Source of the DNA: Hellea sp.
GTDB lineage: Bacteria > Pseudomonadota > Alphaproteobacteria > Caulobacterales > Maricaulaceae
Length of the DNA stretch: 64,000 nt
Reading direction: 5' to 3'
NCBI GenBank assembly: GCA_020628495.1
Contig: JAHDFA010000001.1
Span: forward strand, 7,405 to 71,404
Under the pieces are notes generated by a model that worked only from the letters and a program-made list of their open reading frames with translations, ran no database searches and was not told where the DNA came from. A program made the translations under genes and the position numbers. Below, piece by piece: positions 20,278 to 29,399 of the stretch (its first letter is position 1; every line of letters starts with the position of its first letter).

Positions 20278-21368
20278 TTTTCGCGGTTTTCAAAATTATG
20301 TGGCTGCGGCTTTGGCGTGATAAAGGCGCCTTGATTTTAGCTTTCCTCCTTCCCGGATTTATATTTGCTATCTTTGCGGCGATTTTTTCAAATGCGTCAG
20401 GTGGAAATCTGGACTTACGCGTTGCCCTCGCAAATGTATCTGAGGCTCATGAAACCGCGTTTTTTTCGGAACAGATTCAAGACAGTGAGCTTATTTCTGT
20501 CAGTTTCGATGAAAGCTGGACAGAAACAGACATTATTGACCGCGTTCGTTTAGGTCAGGATGATGTCGGCATTGTCTTGTTCGCTAAAATATCTGACCCC
20601 ACCATACCGTCTATCCGCATCATCGAAGACCCCAGCCGGAAAGTTGCTGCGACGGTTTTAGAAGGGCAAATCCGGCAAATGCTGGTAACTTTGTCAGGCG
20701 AAGACCCTACAAACTTCTTTGAAACCAAGTCAGCGCTAGGTCTTTCAAACACTCTTAGTCTGGATGATCCCACGGTTACATATTACATTGGTGCGACAGC
20801 CATCTTGTTTCTTCTCTTTTCCGCGATGCAAGGTGCGGCAATCTCAATAGACGAACGCCGATTAGGTATAAGTGACCGCCTCATGGTTGGGCCTTATGGT
20901 GCATTCGCAATGCTAAGCGGAAAATTTCTCTTCTTAACTCTTATTGGGTTTATACAGGCTGTTATTATTTGCACAGTGGCGGCTCTGTTTTTTGAAGTTC
21001 CTGTAACCCTGTTTCTGTCTAGACTCGCATTGGCCTGTCTTGGCGCTGCTGTGCTTGCCTCTGGCTTGGCCTTGTTATTGGCATCGCTCTGTAAAACCCA
21101 GACACAGATGAATACAGTCAGTACTTTCGCTGTCTTACTGCTCTCCGCGATAGGTGGGTCTATGGTTCCGCGCTTTATGATGCCTGAATGGCTGCAAGAA
21201 TTAGGTGTTTTTACGCCCAACTACTGGTCAATTGAAGCCTTCTACGGCATTTTGGCACGGGGACAGAGTCTTGTGGATTTGTTACCTGTCTGGGGTGTAT
21301 TATTTGGCGGAGGCTTTATTTGCCTCGGCTTGGCGGCAATTTTGTCGCATAAATTGATGAGGGTTTAG
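20274..21368 (+). CDS. ABC-2 type exporter permease
   Basis: One N-terminal TM, an extracytoplasmic domain, then about five TMs; ERRLGISDRL and GGSMVPRFMMPEWLQ motifs. Confidence 0.9.
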   Translation: MIFAVFKIMWLRLWRDKGALILAFLLPGFIFAIFAAIFSNASGGNLDLRVALANVSEAHETAFFSEQIQDSELISVSFDESWTETDIIDRVRLGQDDVGIVLFAKISDPTIPSIRIIEDPSRKVAATVLEGQIRQMLVTLSGEDPTNFFETKSALGLSNTLSLDDPTVTYYIGATAILFLLFSAMQGAAISIDERRLGISDRLMVGPYGAFAMLSGKFLFLTLIGFIQAVIICTVAALFFEVPVTLFLSRLALACLGAAVLASGLALLLASLCKTQTQMNTVSTFAVLLLSAIGGSMVPRFMMPEWLQELGVFTPNYWSIEAFYGILARGQSLVDLLPVWGVLFGGGFICLGLAAILSHKLMRV

Positions 21369-22094
21369 GTGAGCGCTGTCATATCGACAGATCGGCATGT
21401 GAATATGGGACCGTTTTACGCGGGGCTCATCGCTTCCGGTTGGATGGTGATCCATATTTACAGCATTTTCTTTCACGCTCTCTCTGATCCAATTTGGCAA
21501 ACGCTTATTTTGATTGCCTTGCAGTGCTGGCTATATACGGGCCTGTTTATCGTCGCTCATGATACAATGCATGGCTCTCTCGTCCCGGACCGGGAGCGGT
21601 TGAACGCGGTTATCGGGACATCCATCCTGTTCGTTTATGCGGGTTTCAATTGGCGGAAAATGCGCGACGCGCATCATAACCATCACCTGTATCCCGGAAC
21701 GGATAAAGATCCAGACTTTAACGCGAACAACCCGCACGCCTTCTGGCCTTGGTACCTCAAATTTTTTCTTACCTATTTCGGGTGGCGGCAGGTTCTCATT
21801 CTGGTCGGATTTACTCTGACCTATATTCTCTTGGGCGCTAATTATCTGAATACCATCGTGATGTGGGCTGTGCCCGCCATCTTGTCATCCGTTCAACTTT
21901 TTTATTTTGGAACATATCTTACCCATCGGCATGCAGAGCCGTTTCCGGACGGACACAATGCGCGAACGAACGCCTATAACCGGTTGGCGTCGCTATTATC
22001 CTGTTTCCATTTCGGATATCATCACGAACATCATCTGTTTCCGCATGAGCCTTGGTGGCGTTTGCCGTTGCGAAAACGTGAGAGTAACTTGTGA
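21369..22094 (+). CDS. crtW: Beta-carotene ketolase
   Basis: WLYTGLFIVAHDTMHG, HHNHH..PGTDKDPDF, QLFYFGTYL, CFHFGYHHEHHLFP..PWWRLP. Confidence 0.93.
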   Translation: MSAVISTDRHVNMGPFYAGLIASGWMVIHIYSIFFHALSDPIWQTLILIALQCWLYTGLFIVAHDTMHGSLVPDRERLNAVIGTSILFVYAGFNWRKMRDAHHNHHLYPGTDKDPDFNANNPHAFWPWYLKFFLTYFGWRQVLILVGFTLTYILLGANYLNTIVMWAVPAILSSVQLFYFGTYLTHRHAEPFPDGHNARTNAYNRLASLLSCFHFGYHHEHHLFPHEPWWRLPLRKRESNL

Positions 22095-22594
22095 GCGTCT
22101 TAGTGAACATAGCAATCGTTGTCGCGTCCATTATCGGCATGGAGATATTCGCATGGGCTATCCACAAATATGTCATGCACGGCCCCGGATGGGGTTGGCA
22201 TGAGAGCCACCACACGGAAACGCACGGCATCTTCGAAAAAAATGACCTTTATGCGGTTGTTTTCAGTTTTATAGCGGCAGGGTGCTTTATTTTCGGCTCA
22301 ATGGGGCACTCTTGGCTTTGGTATGTCGGACTTGGCCTGACGCTCTACGGCATCCTTTATGCCATTGTCCATGACGGCCTTGTTCATCGACGCCTGCCCT
22401 TTCCACGAAAAGCGCGCGGTCGATATATGAAACGTTTGGTACAAGCTCACCGCCTACATCATGCGGCTCATACTAAAGATGGCTGCGTTAGCTTTGGTTT
22501 CATCTGGGCAGAAGATGTCCGGAAGTTAAAAACCGATTTGAAAGCCAACATGGCCGTACGCGGGCAAAACCTCCAAATTGAGCAAGCGGACTAA
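22091..22594 (+). CDS. crtZ: Beta-carotene hydroxylase
   Basis: HKYVMHGPGWGWHESHH, EKNDLY, HDGLVHRR, QAHRLHHA, CVSFGF. Confidence 0.94.
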   Translation: MSVLVNIAIVVASIIGMEIFAWAIHKYVMHGPGWGWHESHHTETHGIFEKNDLYAVVFSFIAAGCFIFGSMGHSWLWYVGLGLTLYGILYAIVHDGLVHRRLPFPRKARGRYMKRLVQAHRLHHAAHTKDGCVSFGFIWAEDVRKLKTDLKANMAVRGQNLQIEQAD

Positions 22595-22600
22595 GTCAAA

Positions 22601-23188
22601 TTGGCTAAAGGCTTTGGAACGGACGATTTAATCGCATGCTATCGGCGCGGCGTGTTCCCAATGTCAGACAGCCGAGACGATAAATTCTTCTATTTAGTTG
22701 AGCCTGAATTGCGCGGAATACTGCCCCTGGAAAAACTTCACATTTCCAAATCAATGCGAAAGTTCATAAATAAAAGCCGTTACACCGTCACCTTTAATCA
22801 CGACTTTCCCGCTGTCATAAAGTCCTGTGCAACAAACCATAACGGCACATGGATAAGTCACTCGCTCGAGGAGCTCTACACTGAACTCCATCGCAATCGA
22901 ACTGCACACAGTGTAGAGGTCTGGGACGGCGAAAGTTTGGTCGGCGGACTTTACGGCGTTACCCAAGGCCGCGCATTTTTCGGGGAGAGCATGTTTTCCT
23001 CAAAGACGAATGCCTCAAAACTGGCGCTTATTCACCTAGTTGAACGTCTAATTGAGCGCGGGTTCACCCTCTTGGACACACAATTTCTTACGGAACACTT
23101 GAAATCGCTTGGTGCAATCGAAATTCCCCAGAGTGATTATCTCGAAATACTGGAAAAGGCATTGGGAAGTGAAGCCCGTTTCGATTGA
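22601..23188 (+). CDS. aat: Leucyl/phenylalanyl-tRNA-protein transferase
   Basis: YRRGVFPM, TWI, AHSVEVW, LVGGLYGV, FFGESMFS, LLDTQF. Confidence 0.94.
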   Translation: MAKGFGTDDLIACYRRGVFPMSDSRDDKFFYLVEPELRGILPLEKLHISKSMRKFINKSRYTVTFNHDFPAVIKSCATNHNGTWISHSLEELYTELHRNRTAHSVEVWDGESLVGGLYGVTQGRAFFGESMFSSKTNASKLALIHLVERLIERGFTLLDTQFLTEHLKSLGAIEIPQSDYLEILEKALGSEARFD

Positions 23189-23219
23189 CCTCTGCGTGGA
23201 GATTGCACAAAAGGCTTTT

Positions 23220-24584
23220 ATGAAATACCTTATTCCCTTTCTGCTAGCCTCTACAGCCATAATCGCTTGCGAGCCACAAAACAGCGACAACTCGTCAAAT
23301 ACAGATAAGGCCGAAGACAGTCCTGCTTTTGCCAGTACCTATAAGCCGCAAGCCTCATCCGATGTACTTTTGAAGAATGCGACATTGATCGATGGAGTCA
23401 GCAAGGAAGAACGCAAAGGCAGTCTCTTAATTATAGATGGCAGGATTGGTTTTGTGGGATCCGGCGAAATACCCGAGGGCGTGACGGAACTGGATCTAGA
23501 GGGCCGCTATGTTACGCCCGGCATTATCGATATTCACTCTCATCTGGGTAATTATCCGTCACCCAGTGTTCAGGCACATGGAGATGGCAATGAAGTGACC
23601 AGCCCCATAACATCGGAAGTTTCAGCAGAGCACGGCGTATGGCCCCAAGATCCGGGATTTGACGAAGCGCTACAAGGCGGTATCACAACTCTTCATATTC
23701 TGCCCGGCTCTGCGAATTTGTTCGGAGGACGCGGCGTTACTCTGAGAAACGTGCCTTCGCGCACGGTGCAAGGCATGAAATTTCCGGACGCACCATACAC
23801 GCTGAAAATGGCCTGTGGTGAAAATCCGAAACGCGTTTACGGGAATAAAGGCGGTCCGGGTTCGCGTATGGGTAATGTAGCCGGATATCGCAAAAACTGG
23901 ATTAAAGCGGCGGCTTATAAAGCTAAACGAGATAAAGGCGGTGATTTTGACCGAGACTTACAGCTGGAAACGCTGGCAGATGTTCTGGACGGTAAAATTC
24001 TAATTCAAATGCATTGCTATCGCGCTGATGAAATGGTGCAAATTTTGGATATTGCTAAAGAATTCGACTATAAAGTTACCACATTTCACCACGCCGTTGA
24101 GGCTTACAAAATCGGTGATTATCTGGCCGAGAGTGACACTTGCGCCGCTATGTGGGCCGATTGGGGCGCGTTCAAAATGGAAAGTTTTGACTATATCAAT
24201 GAGAACATTCCATTCGTGCATGCGGCCGGGGCATGCGCGATGATCCATTCAGATGATCAGAATAATATTCAGCGTTTAAATCAGGAAGTCGCAAAAACCT
24301 GGGCAGATGGAAACCGGGCCGGGCTGAACATCACAAAGGCTGAAGCTTGGCAGTGGCTGTCAACCAATCCAGCGAAAGCACTGGGTATTTTGGATGAAAC
24401 CGGCACGTTGGAAGCGGGCAAGCGTGCAGACTTGGTCATTTGGGATGGCGACCCCTTTTCCACTTACGGCCGTCCTGACACAGTTATGCTCGACGGTGCG
24501 GTGCTTTTTGACCGCGCAACCGGGTTGAAACCAAAAAGTGACTTCCGACTTGGTTATGCAGATCTCACGGAGGGCGCAGAATGA
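23220..24584 (+). CDS. Amidohydrolase-family lipoprotein (intact metal ligands)
   Basis: Lipobox IIAC after ATG 23220; PGIIDIHSHLG, LKMACGENPKR, MHCYR, HHAVE, IHSDD, GKRADLVIW. Confidence 0.9.
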   Translation: MKYLIPFLLASTAIIACEPQNSDNSSNTDKAEDSPAFASTYKPQASSDVLLKNATLIDGVSKEERKGSLLIIDGRIGFVGSGEIPEGVTELDLEGRYVTPGIIDIHSHLGNYPSPSVQAHGDGNEVTSPITSEVSAEHGVWPQDPGFDEALQGGITTLHILPGSANLFGGRGVTLRNVPSRTVQGMKFPDAPYTLKMACGENPKRVYGNKGGPGSRMGNVAGYRKNWIKAAAYKAKRDKGGDFDRDLQLETLADVLDGKILIQMHCYRADEMVQILDIAKEFDYKVTTFHHAVEAYKIGDYLAESDTCAAMWADWGAFKMESFDYINENIPFVHAAGACAMIHSDDQNNIQRLNQEVAKTWADGNRAGLNITKAEAWQWLSTNPAKALGILDETGTLEAGKRADLVIWDGDPFSTYGRPDTVMLDGAVLFDRATGLKPKSDFRLGYADLTEGAE

Positions 24585-25813
24585 GAAACTTATTGCTCCT
24601 CACAGCGGCCATCGCTTTTTCTAGCGCCGCAAATGCCCAAACATATTTTGTCGATGACGCAACTGTGGTCGCCCCGAATGGCACACAATCGAAGACTGAC
24701 ATCATTGTCGTTGATGGCGTTATTAAAGGTCGCGGCGCAAGGCTGTCAGCGCCAAACGGCGCAATCACAGTCTCAGGTGGATGGGTCACGCCGGGATTGT
24801 TCGCCTCCATGTCTTCTCTCGGCATGACGGATATTGGATCTTCCGGCCCCGGCAATGACGTCAGCTCTGAAAACTCACCGACCAATGTGTCCGAGCATGC
24901 AGCCGATAGTTTCAATCCGCGGTCCGTTCATGTCGGCAATATCCGCCAGAGCGGTATTACACATGCCGTCATTGCACCCCGCAGCAGCGGCGATAGCATC
25001 TTCGCAGGCACAGGGGCTGTTATCTCTTTAACAGGTAAATTTGACTCCGTTCTCGATCCAGAAGCCTTTGTGATGGTGGATATGGGGGAAACAGGAACAA
25101 TCCGCGCCGGTGGATCCCGCGCGGCGTCAATGTCTCAATTTCGAGCTGCGATTGAAGACGCAGAAGGATTTTTCAAACGCTATGCAGAGAGATCAGATGG
25201 AGGTGACGTGCTGTCCCGCCAAGACGCCAGAGCCTTTTCACGTGCCGTTCGCGGTGACATCCCGCTTCTTATTCGCGTTAACCGCGCCGCAGATATAATG
25301 CGGCTTATTGACTTGAAGGCCGAAAATAGAGGGTTGGATATGATAATCGTTGGCGGCGCTGAAGCTTGGGAAGTGGCAGATGAACTCTCTGCGGCGAATA
25401 TCCGTGTTATTTTTGACCCTCTAAAAAACCTCCCAACTTCATTTGAAAGCGTTGGGTCCAGATTGGATAATGTTGCCTTCTTGGAATCCGCCGGTGTAGA
25501 TTATGCTATCTCGAACCTGACATCCCTTGGCGTAACAAAACCCGCCAATCTCGCTCAACATGCCGGAGCCGCAGTCGTGGAAGGCTTGCGCTGGGATCAG
25601 GCTTTTAAAGCAATTTCGTCCGTTCCTGCATCATGGTTCGGCGTGGACGAAACGTCCGTCGTTGTATGGGATGGTGATCCGTTGGAAGTGACATCAGCGC
25701 CAATCGCTATGTCTATCAATGGCGAGGATCAGTCTATGACATCTCGGCAAAAGGCTCTGCGAGACCGTTATAATCCGACAACACAGGACAATCGCGCCCA
25801 TAAATATCGATAG
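24581..25813 (+). CDS. Secreted amidohydrolase-like protein lacking metal ligands
   Basis: Signal peptide; VTPGLFASMSSLG replaces the HxH motif; VVWDGDPLE; ATGA-coupled to the previous gene. Confidence 0.82.
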   Translation: MRNLLLLTAAIAFSSAANAQTYFVDDATVVAPNGTQSKTDIIVVDGVIKGRGARLSAPNGAITVSGGWVTPGLFASMSSLGMTDIGSSGPGNDVSSENSPTNVSEHAADSFNPRSVHVGNIRQSGITHAVIAPRSSGDSIFAGTGAVISLTGKFDSVLDPEAFVMVDMGETGTIRAGGSRAASMSQFRAAIEDAEGFFKRYAERSDGGDVLSRQDARAFSRAVRGDIPLLIRVNRAADIMRLIDLKAENRGLDMIIVGGAEAWEVADELSAANIRVIFDPLKNLPTSFESVGSRLDNVAFLESAGVDYAISNLTSLGVTKPANLAQHAGAAVVEGLRWDQAFKAISSVPASWFGVDETSVVVWDGDPLEVTSAPIAMSINGEDQSMTSRQKALRDRYNPTTQDNRAHKYR

Positions 25814-25834
25814 GATGAGAGCGGTTCACACCGC

Positions 25835-25862
25835 TTGACCTCTTGAACGCGAAGCCTATGTT
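25835..25862 (+). promoter_or_regulatory. Putative promoter of the DEAD-box helicase gene
   Basis: TTGACC-N16-TATGTT. Confidence 0.45.
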
Positions 25863-25919
25863 GCGACAAATTCATAATGGGTCCGCGATTTCCGCGCGCC
25901 TGCGCCGAAACGAGACACC

Positions 25920-27677
25920 TTGAGCGACACTTCCAAACCTGAAACAATCGATGCAGATGCTAAGGTTGATATTACTTTCGCAGAACTCGGACTTGACCCG
26001 AAAATTCTTAAGGCTTTGGACGATTTGGGGTATGTGGTACCTACCCCAATCCAAGCCAAAGCCATCCCTGCCGCATTGCAACAACGCGATGTTCTCGGCA
26101 TCGCGCAGACAGGCACAGGCAAGACCGGTGCATTCACGCTTCCGACTATGCATAAACTCGCCAAGGGTCGCGCCCGCGCACGCATGCCGCGCTGTATCAT
26201 TGTATGCCCGACTCGCGAGCTCGCGGCGCAAGTCGCCAAAGATGTCGAAGCTTATGGAAAATATCTTAAGCTGGAAATGGCTTTGCTGATTGGTGGAGTC
26301 TCTTTTGCGGAACAAGATCGCAAACTTATGAAGGGTGTCGACATATTGATTGCGACCCCCGGTCGTCTGATTGACCAATTTGAGCGCGGTAAAATTTTGA
26401 TGACAGGCGTGCAAACCCTGATCGTCGATGAAGCCGACCGTATGCTCGATATGGGTTTTATTCCGGATATTGAGAAAATCTTTGATATGACCCCGTTCAC
26501 ACGTCAGGTCTTGTTCTTCTCCGCAACGATGCCAAATGAGATCAAACGTCTAGTGGATCAATTCTTACATCAACCGGTCTCAATACAAATTGCGCGCAAA
26601 AATATGACCGCCAAAACGGTTGCGCAACGGATTGTGCGAATGCCCTCTTCGGATGCAAAACAGAAGCGAACGGCGCTACGCTGGATAATTGACAGAGAGG
26701 ATGTCGATAATGGTATCATTTTTTGTAATCGCAAACGCGATGTGGATATTGTCGCGAAGTCTTTGAATGTCCACGGCCATGATGCGGCACCTATTCACGG
26801 CGACTTGGCCCAAAGCCTAAGAACCGAGACACTTAATCGATTTAGAAATGGTGAAATCAAATATCTGGTCGCGTCTGATGTTGCCGCTCGAGGATTAGAC
26901 GTACCAACGGTTAGTCATGTCTTTAACTATGACGTTCCGAACCATTCAGAGGATTATGTTCATAGGATTGGCAGGACCGGACGTGCCGGACGTAAAGGCG
27001 ACGCAATCATGTTAGTTGCGCGTTTAGATGAACGAAATTACGAAGAGATTCTGAACCTCATCAATGTGAAATCAATTGACGAACTTGTGATTCCGGGCAT
27101 TGAAGACTTTCCAAAAGATGCAGGCCGTCGAAAGGGCAAAGGCCGTGACGGAGGTAAAGGGCGTCGACGCCGCGATGATAGCAGAGGGGGTCGGAATCGT
27201 GGACAACGTGATGACGGAAGTTATCACGACGGAAATGCATCTACATCAAAGGTTTCGAGAAAGAGCGGATCGGCGAAAAAAACAAAAATTGAGAAAGACG
27301 ATAAACCTACTGTAAAAGAGCCCAAGAAACCTATTGAACGCAGGCGACCCGCCCCGCGCCGAAAGCCTGCACCGAGTCGCGAAAAACCCAAATCAGACAC
27401 ACATGAAGCTGATGAAAAATATAGCGGCGAGACAGTCAATAAGGCCGAAAAAACGAAAGCACGGCGCAAAGCTGCGCCGAAATCGTCCAAAAAATCCAAC
27501 ACTGTTCAAAGCGAACAGCAAAAATCGCGCAAAGAAAAATCACGTCATACGTCGAAACCCAGCGATGAGAAACCTCCTAAATCGCGTTCAAATGATCGTT
27601 CAAAGACCAAACCATCTCCGAAAATCAAAGGCAAAACGCCATTTGGTGATGACGTTCCGGACTTTTTAAAGTTCTAG
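25920..27677 (+). CDS. DEAD-box RNA helicase (RhlE-like) with long basic tail
   Basis: PTPIQ, AQTGTGKT, PTRELA, DEADRMLDMGF, SAT, ARGLD, HRIGRTGRAG. Confidence 0.95.
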   Translation: MSDTSKPETIDADAKVDITFAELGLDPKILKALDDLGYVVPTPIQAKAIPAALQQRDVLGIAQTGTGKTGAFTLPTMHKLAKGRARARMPRCIIVCPTRELAAQVAKDVEAYGKYLKLEMALLIGGVSFAEQDRKLMKGVDILIATPGRLIDQFERGKILMTGVQTLIVDEADRMLDMGFIPDIEKIFDMTPFTRQVLFFSATMPNEIKRLVDQFLHQPVSIQIARKNMTAKTVAQRIVRMPSSDAKQKRTALRWIIDREDVDNGIIFCNRKRDVDIVAKSLNVHGHDAAPIHGDLAQSLRTETLNRFRNGEIKYLVASDVAARGLDVPTVSHVFNYDVPNHSEDYVHRIGRTGRAGRKGDAIMLVARLDERNYEEILNLINVKSIDELVIPGIEDFPKDAGRRKGKGRDGGKGRRRRDDSRGGRNRGQRDDGSYHDGNASTSKVSRKSGSAKKTKIEKDDKPTVKEPKKPIERRRPAPRRKPAPSREKPKSDTHEADEKYSGETVNKAEKTKARRKAAPKSSKKSNTVQSEQQKSRKEKSRHTSKPSDEKPPKSRSNDRSKTKPSPKIKGKTPFGDDVPDFLKF

Positions 27678-28753
27678 CGGCCGGACAGTTCTATGCGTTG
27701 AACTGTTTCGTCCAGCGCTAAGTAAATTCGATCTAATACAGGGTCCGTTTCCTGTGTGAGACAATGTCCTGATCCTTCGATTGATACTGAGACGCAATTT
27801 GTCATACGATCATTGCAGACATTTTTATTTATATCTGTTTCGACAAAATCATCCAATTCCGCGTGAATCATAGTCACGGGCTTTGTGATTGACTCAGGAT
27901 ATCCATCCTGCAGTACAAAATTACTGCTTCCAAAGAATTGCCGCCCCCAATTAAACGTCACGCCGCCAACCCTTTGCTCGGGGCGGACTGTGAAGATAGC
28001 ATCGCGCATCGGCAGTCTTTTAGGAGACGACGCGCAAAGCTCTATCCCTGCTTCTAGCAAATCAGCCTCACTTCTGGGTTTCCAATTCGTATTACCCGGG
28101 ACATAGCGCGTGTCTTTACCTAAAGCGTCGCCGATACGCAGAATGCGCGTTATTTGTTCGAAACTCATCTCACCCGCTTTTGGCCGCAATGCGGGCGCTA
28201 ATAGCAATAACCCATCAACTAAATCACCATGTTCTGCACCAACTCGGAATGCAACATGCCCGCCCAAAGATATACCCATCAAAATAACAGATCTATCTTC
28301 CGGTAGCTCAAGGCTTTGTAAAAACAGAGCAACATCATTCGAATAAATTTTGAAGTCTTCGATTAATAATTTTTCTGGCTGTGAAGGTCGCGGGCGCTCG
28401 GATCCACCTTGTCCGCGCAAATCAAATCCAATGACATGATATCCACGCGCTGCGATATCTGCGGCTTGTTCGCCATACATGTCCATAGTTGCCGTGTAGC
28501 CTGGGATCATGACGACGGTTGCGCGCGCGGACGCTGCATTTCCGGTCTGACCGAAACGCATTTTTACGCCATCTTCGCTGGCAAACATGTCCCATTGCCA
28601 GTCATCTGGCATATCGGGAATATTAAAGGCTATGACTTGCGCACGGTAAGCCGAGCTCACCTCATACGGCTCATAGCTTTGTTCGGGCCAAGCCAAGAAT
28701 CCAATAATTCCAAGCAGAATTAAGCCCATTACAACGAATAAAATCTGCTTCAT
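27674..28753 (-). CDS. Membrane-anchored alpha/beta hydrolase (lysophospholipase-like)
   Basis: N-terminal TM; DLRGQGGS, GISLGG nucleophile elbow, DDFV, GSGH. Confidence 0.85.
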   Translation of the reverse strand: MKQILFVVMGLILLGIIGFLAWPEQSYEPYEVSSAYRAQVIAFNIPDMPDDWQWDMFASEDGVKMRFGQTGNAASARATVVMIPGYTATMDMYGEQAADIAARGYHVIGFDLRGQGGSERPRPSQPEKLLIEDFKIYSNDVALFLQSLELPEDRSVILMGISLGGHVAFRVGAEHGDLVDGLLLLAPALRPKAGEMSFEQITRILRIGDALGKDTRYVPGNTNWKPRSEADLLEAGIELCASSPKRLPMRDAIFTVRPEQRVGGVTFNWGRQFFGSSNFVLQDGYPESITKPVTMIHAELDDFVETDINKNVCNDRMTNCVSVSIEGSGHCLTQETDPVLDRIYLALDETVQRIELSGR

Positions 28754-29355
28754 GGATTTATACTTTCATAAGCAAACGTATCTCGCCAAACCTCTGTTTC
28801 GGCTATATGGCGGTGCCAATCTGCCAATTTTGGAGCTGCAGATTTCCAGTCAATGTGCCCCGCACGATATGCGGCATAATCTAATCCGCAAACAATCGCG
28901 ATATTGCCAAATGTCCACTCACCACCCAACCATGGACTGATTTTCTCTAACGTTTTGACTGTATTGCGAATCGATTGATCGTGACGTTCGATCATATCTT
29001 CCCAATGGAGCGCCTTCGGTCTGACAGTTTCTATGCGATAATTATATACTGCGTCTGATAGTCCGTCGCCCAAAGCATGCTGCCATAGCTGTATAAAGCG
29101 CTTATGACCGTCATCAGGCAGTAAAGAAGACTGGCTCTGATTGTCGAGAAAGTCGCATATAACTGGACTATCGAAAAGGAATTGTCCGGGCTGCCATTCC
29201 AGCGCAGGTATCTTGCCGAGAGGGTTATCGCCGGCGACATACCCATTCGCACCATCTTTTTCCGGTCGCACCTCCTCCAGTTTTATCCCGTGTAAGCGCG
29301 ATAAGATCATGACTTTACGGGCATAAGGAGAAATCGGGTCACAGATGAGTTTCAT
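28750..29355 (-). CDS. Glutathione S-transferase family protein
   Basis: SPYARKV, NPLGKIPAL, LFDSPVICDFLD. Confidence 0.92.
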   Translation of the reverse strand: MKLICDPISPYARKVMILSRLHGIKLEEVRPEKDGANGYVAGDNPLGKIPALEWQPGQFLFDSPVICDFLDNQSQSSLLPDDGHKRFIQLWQHALGDGLSDAVYNYRIETVRPKALHWEDMIERHDQSIRNTVKTLEKISPWLGGEWTFGNIAIVCGLDYAAYRAGHIDWKSAAPKLADWHRHIAETEVWRDTFAYESINP

Positions 29356-29399
29356 CCGAGGACCTTATCAGCGGAATTTATACATGTAGACAAAAAAAG

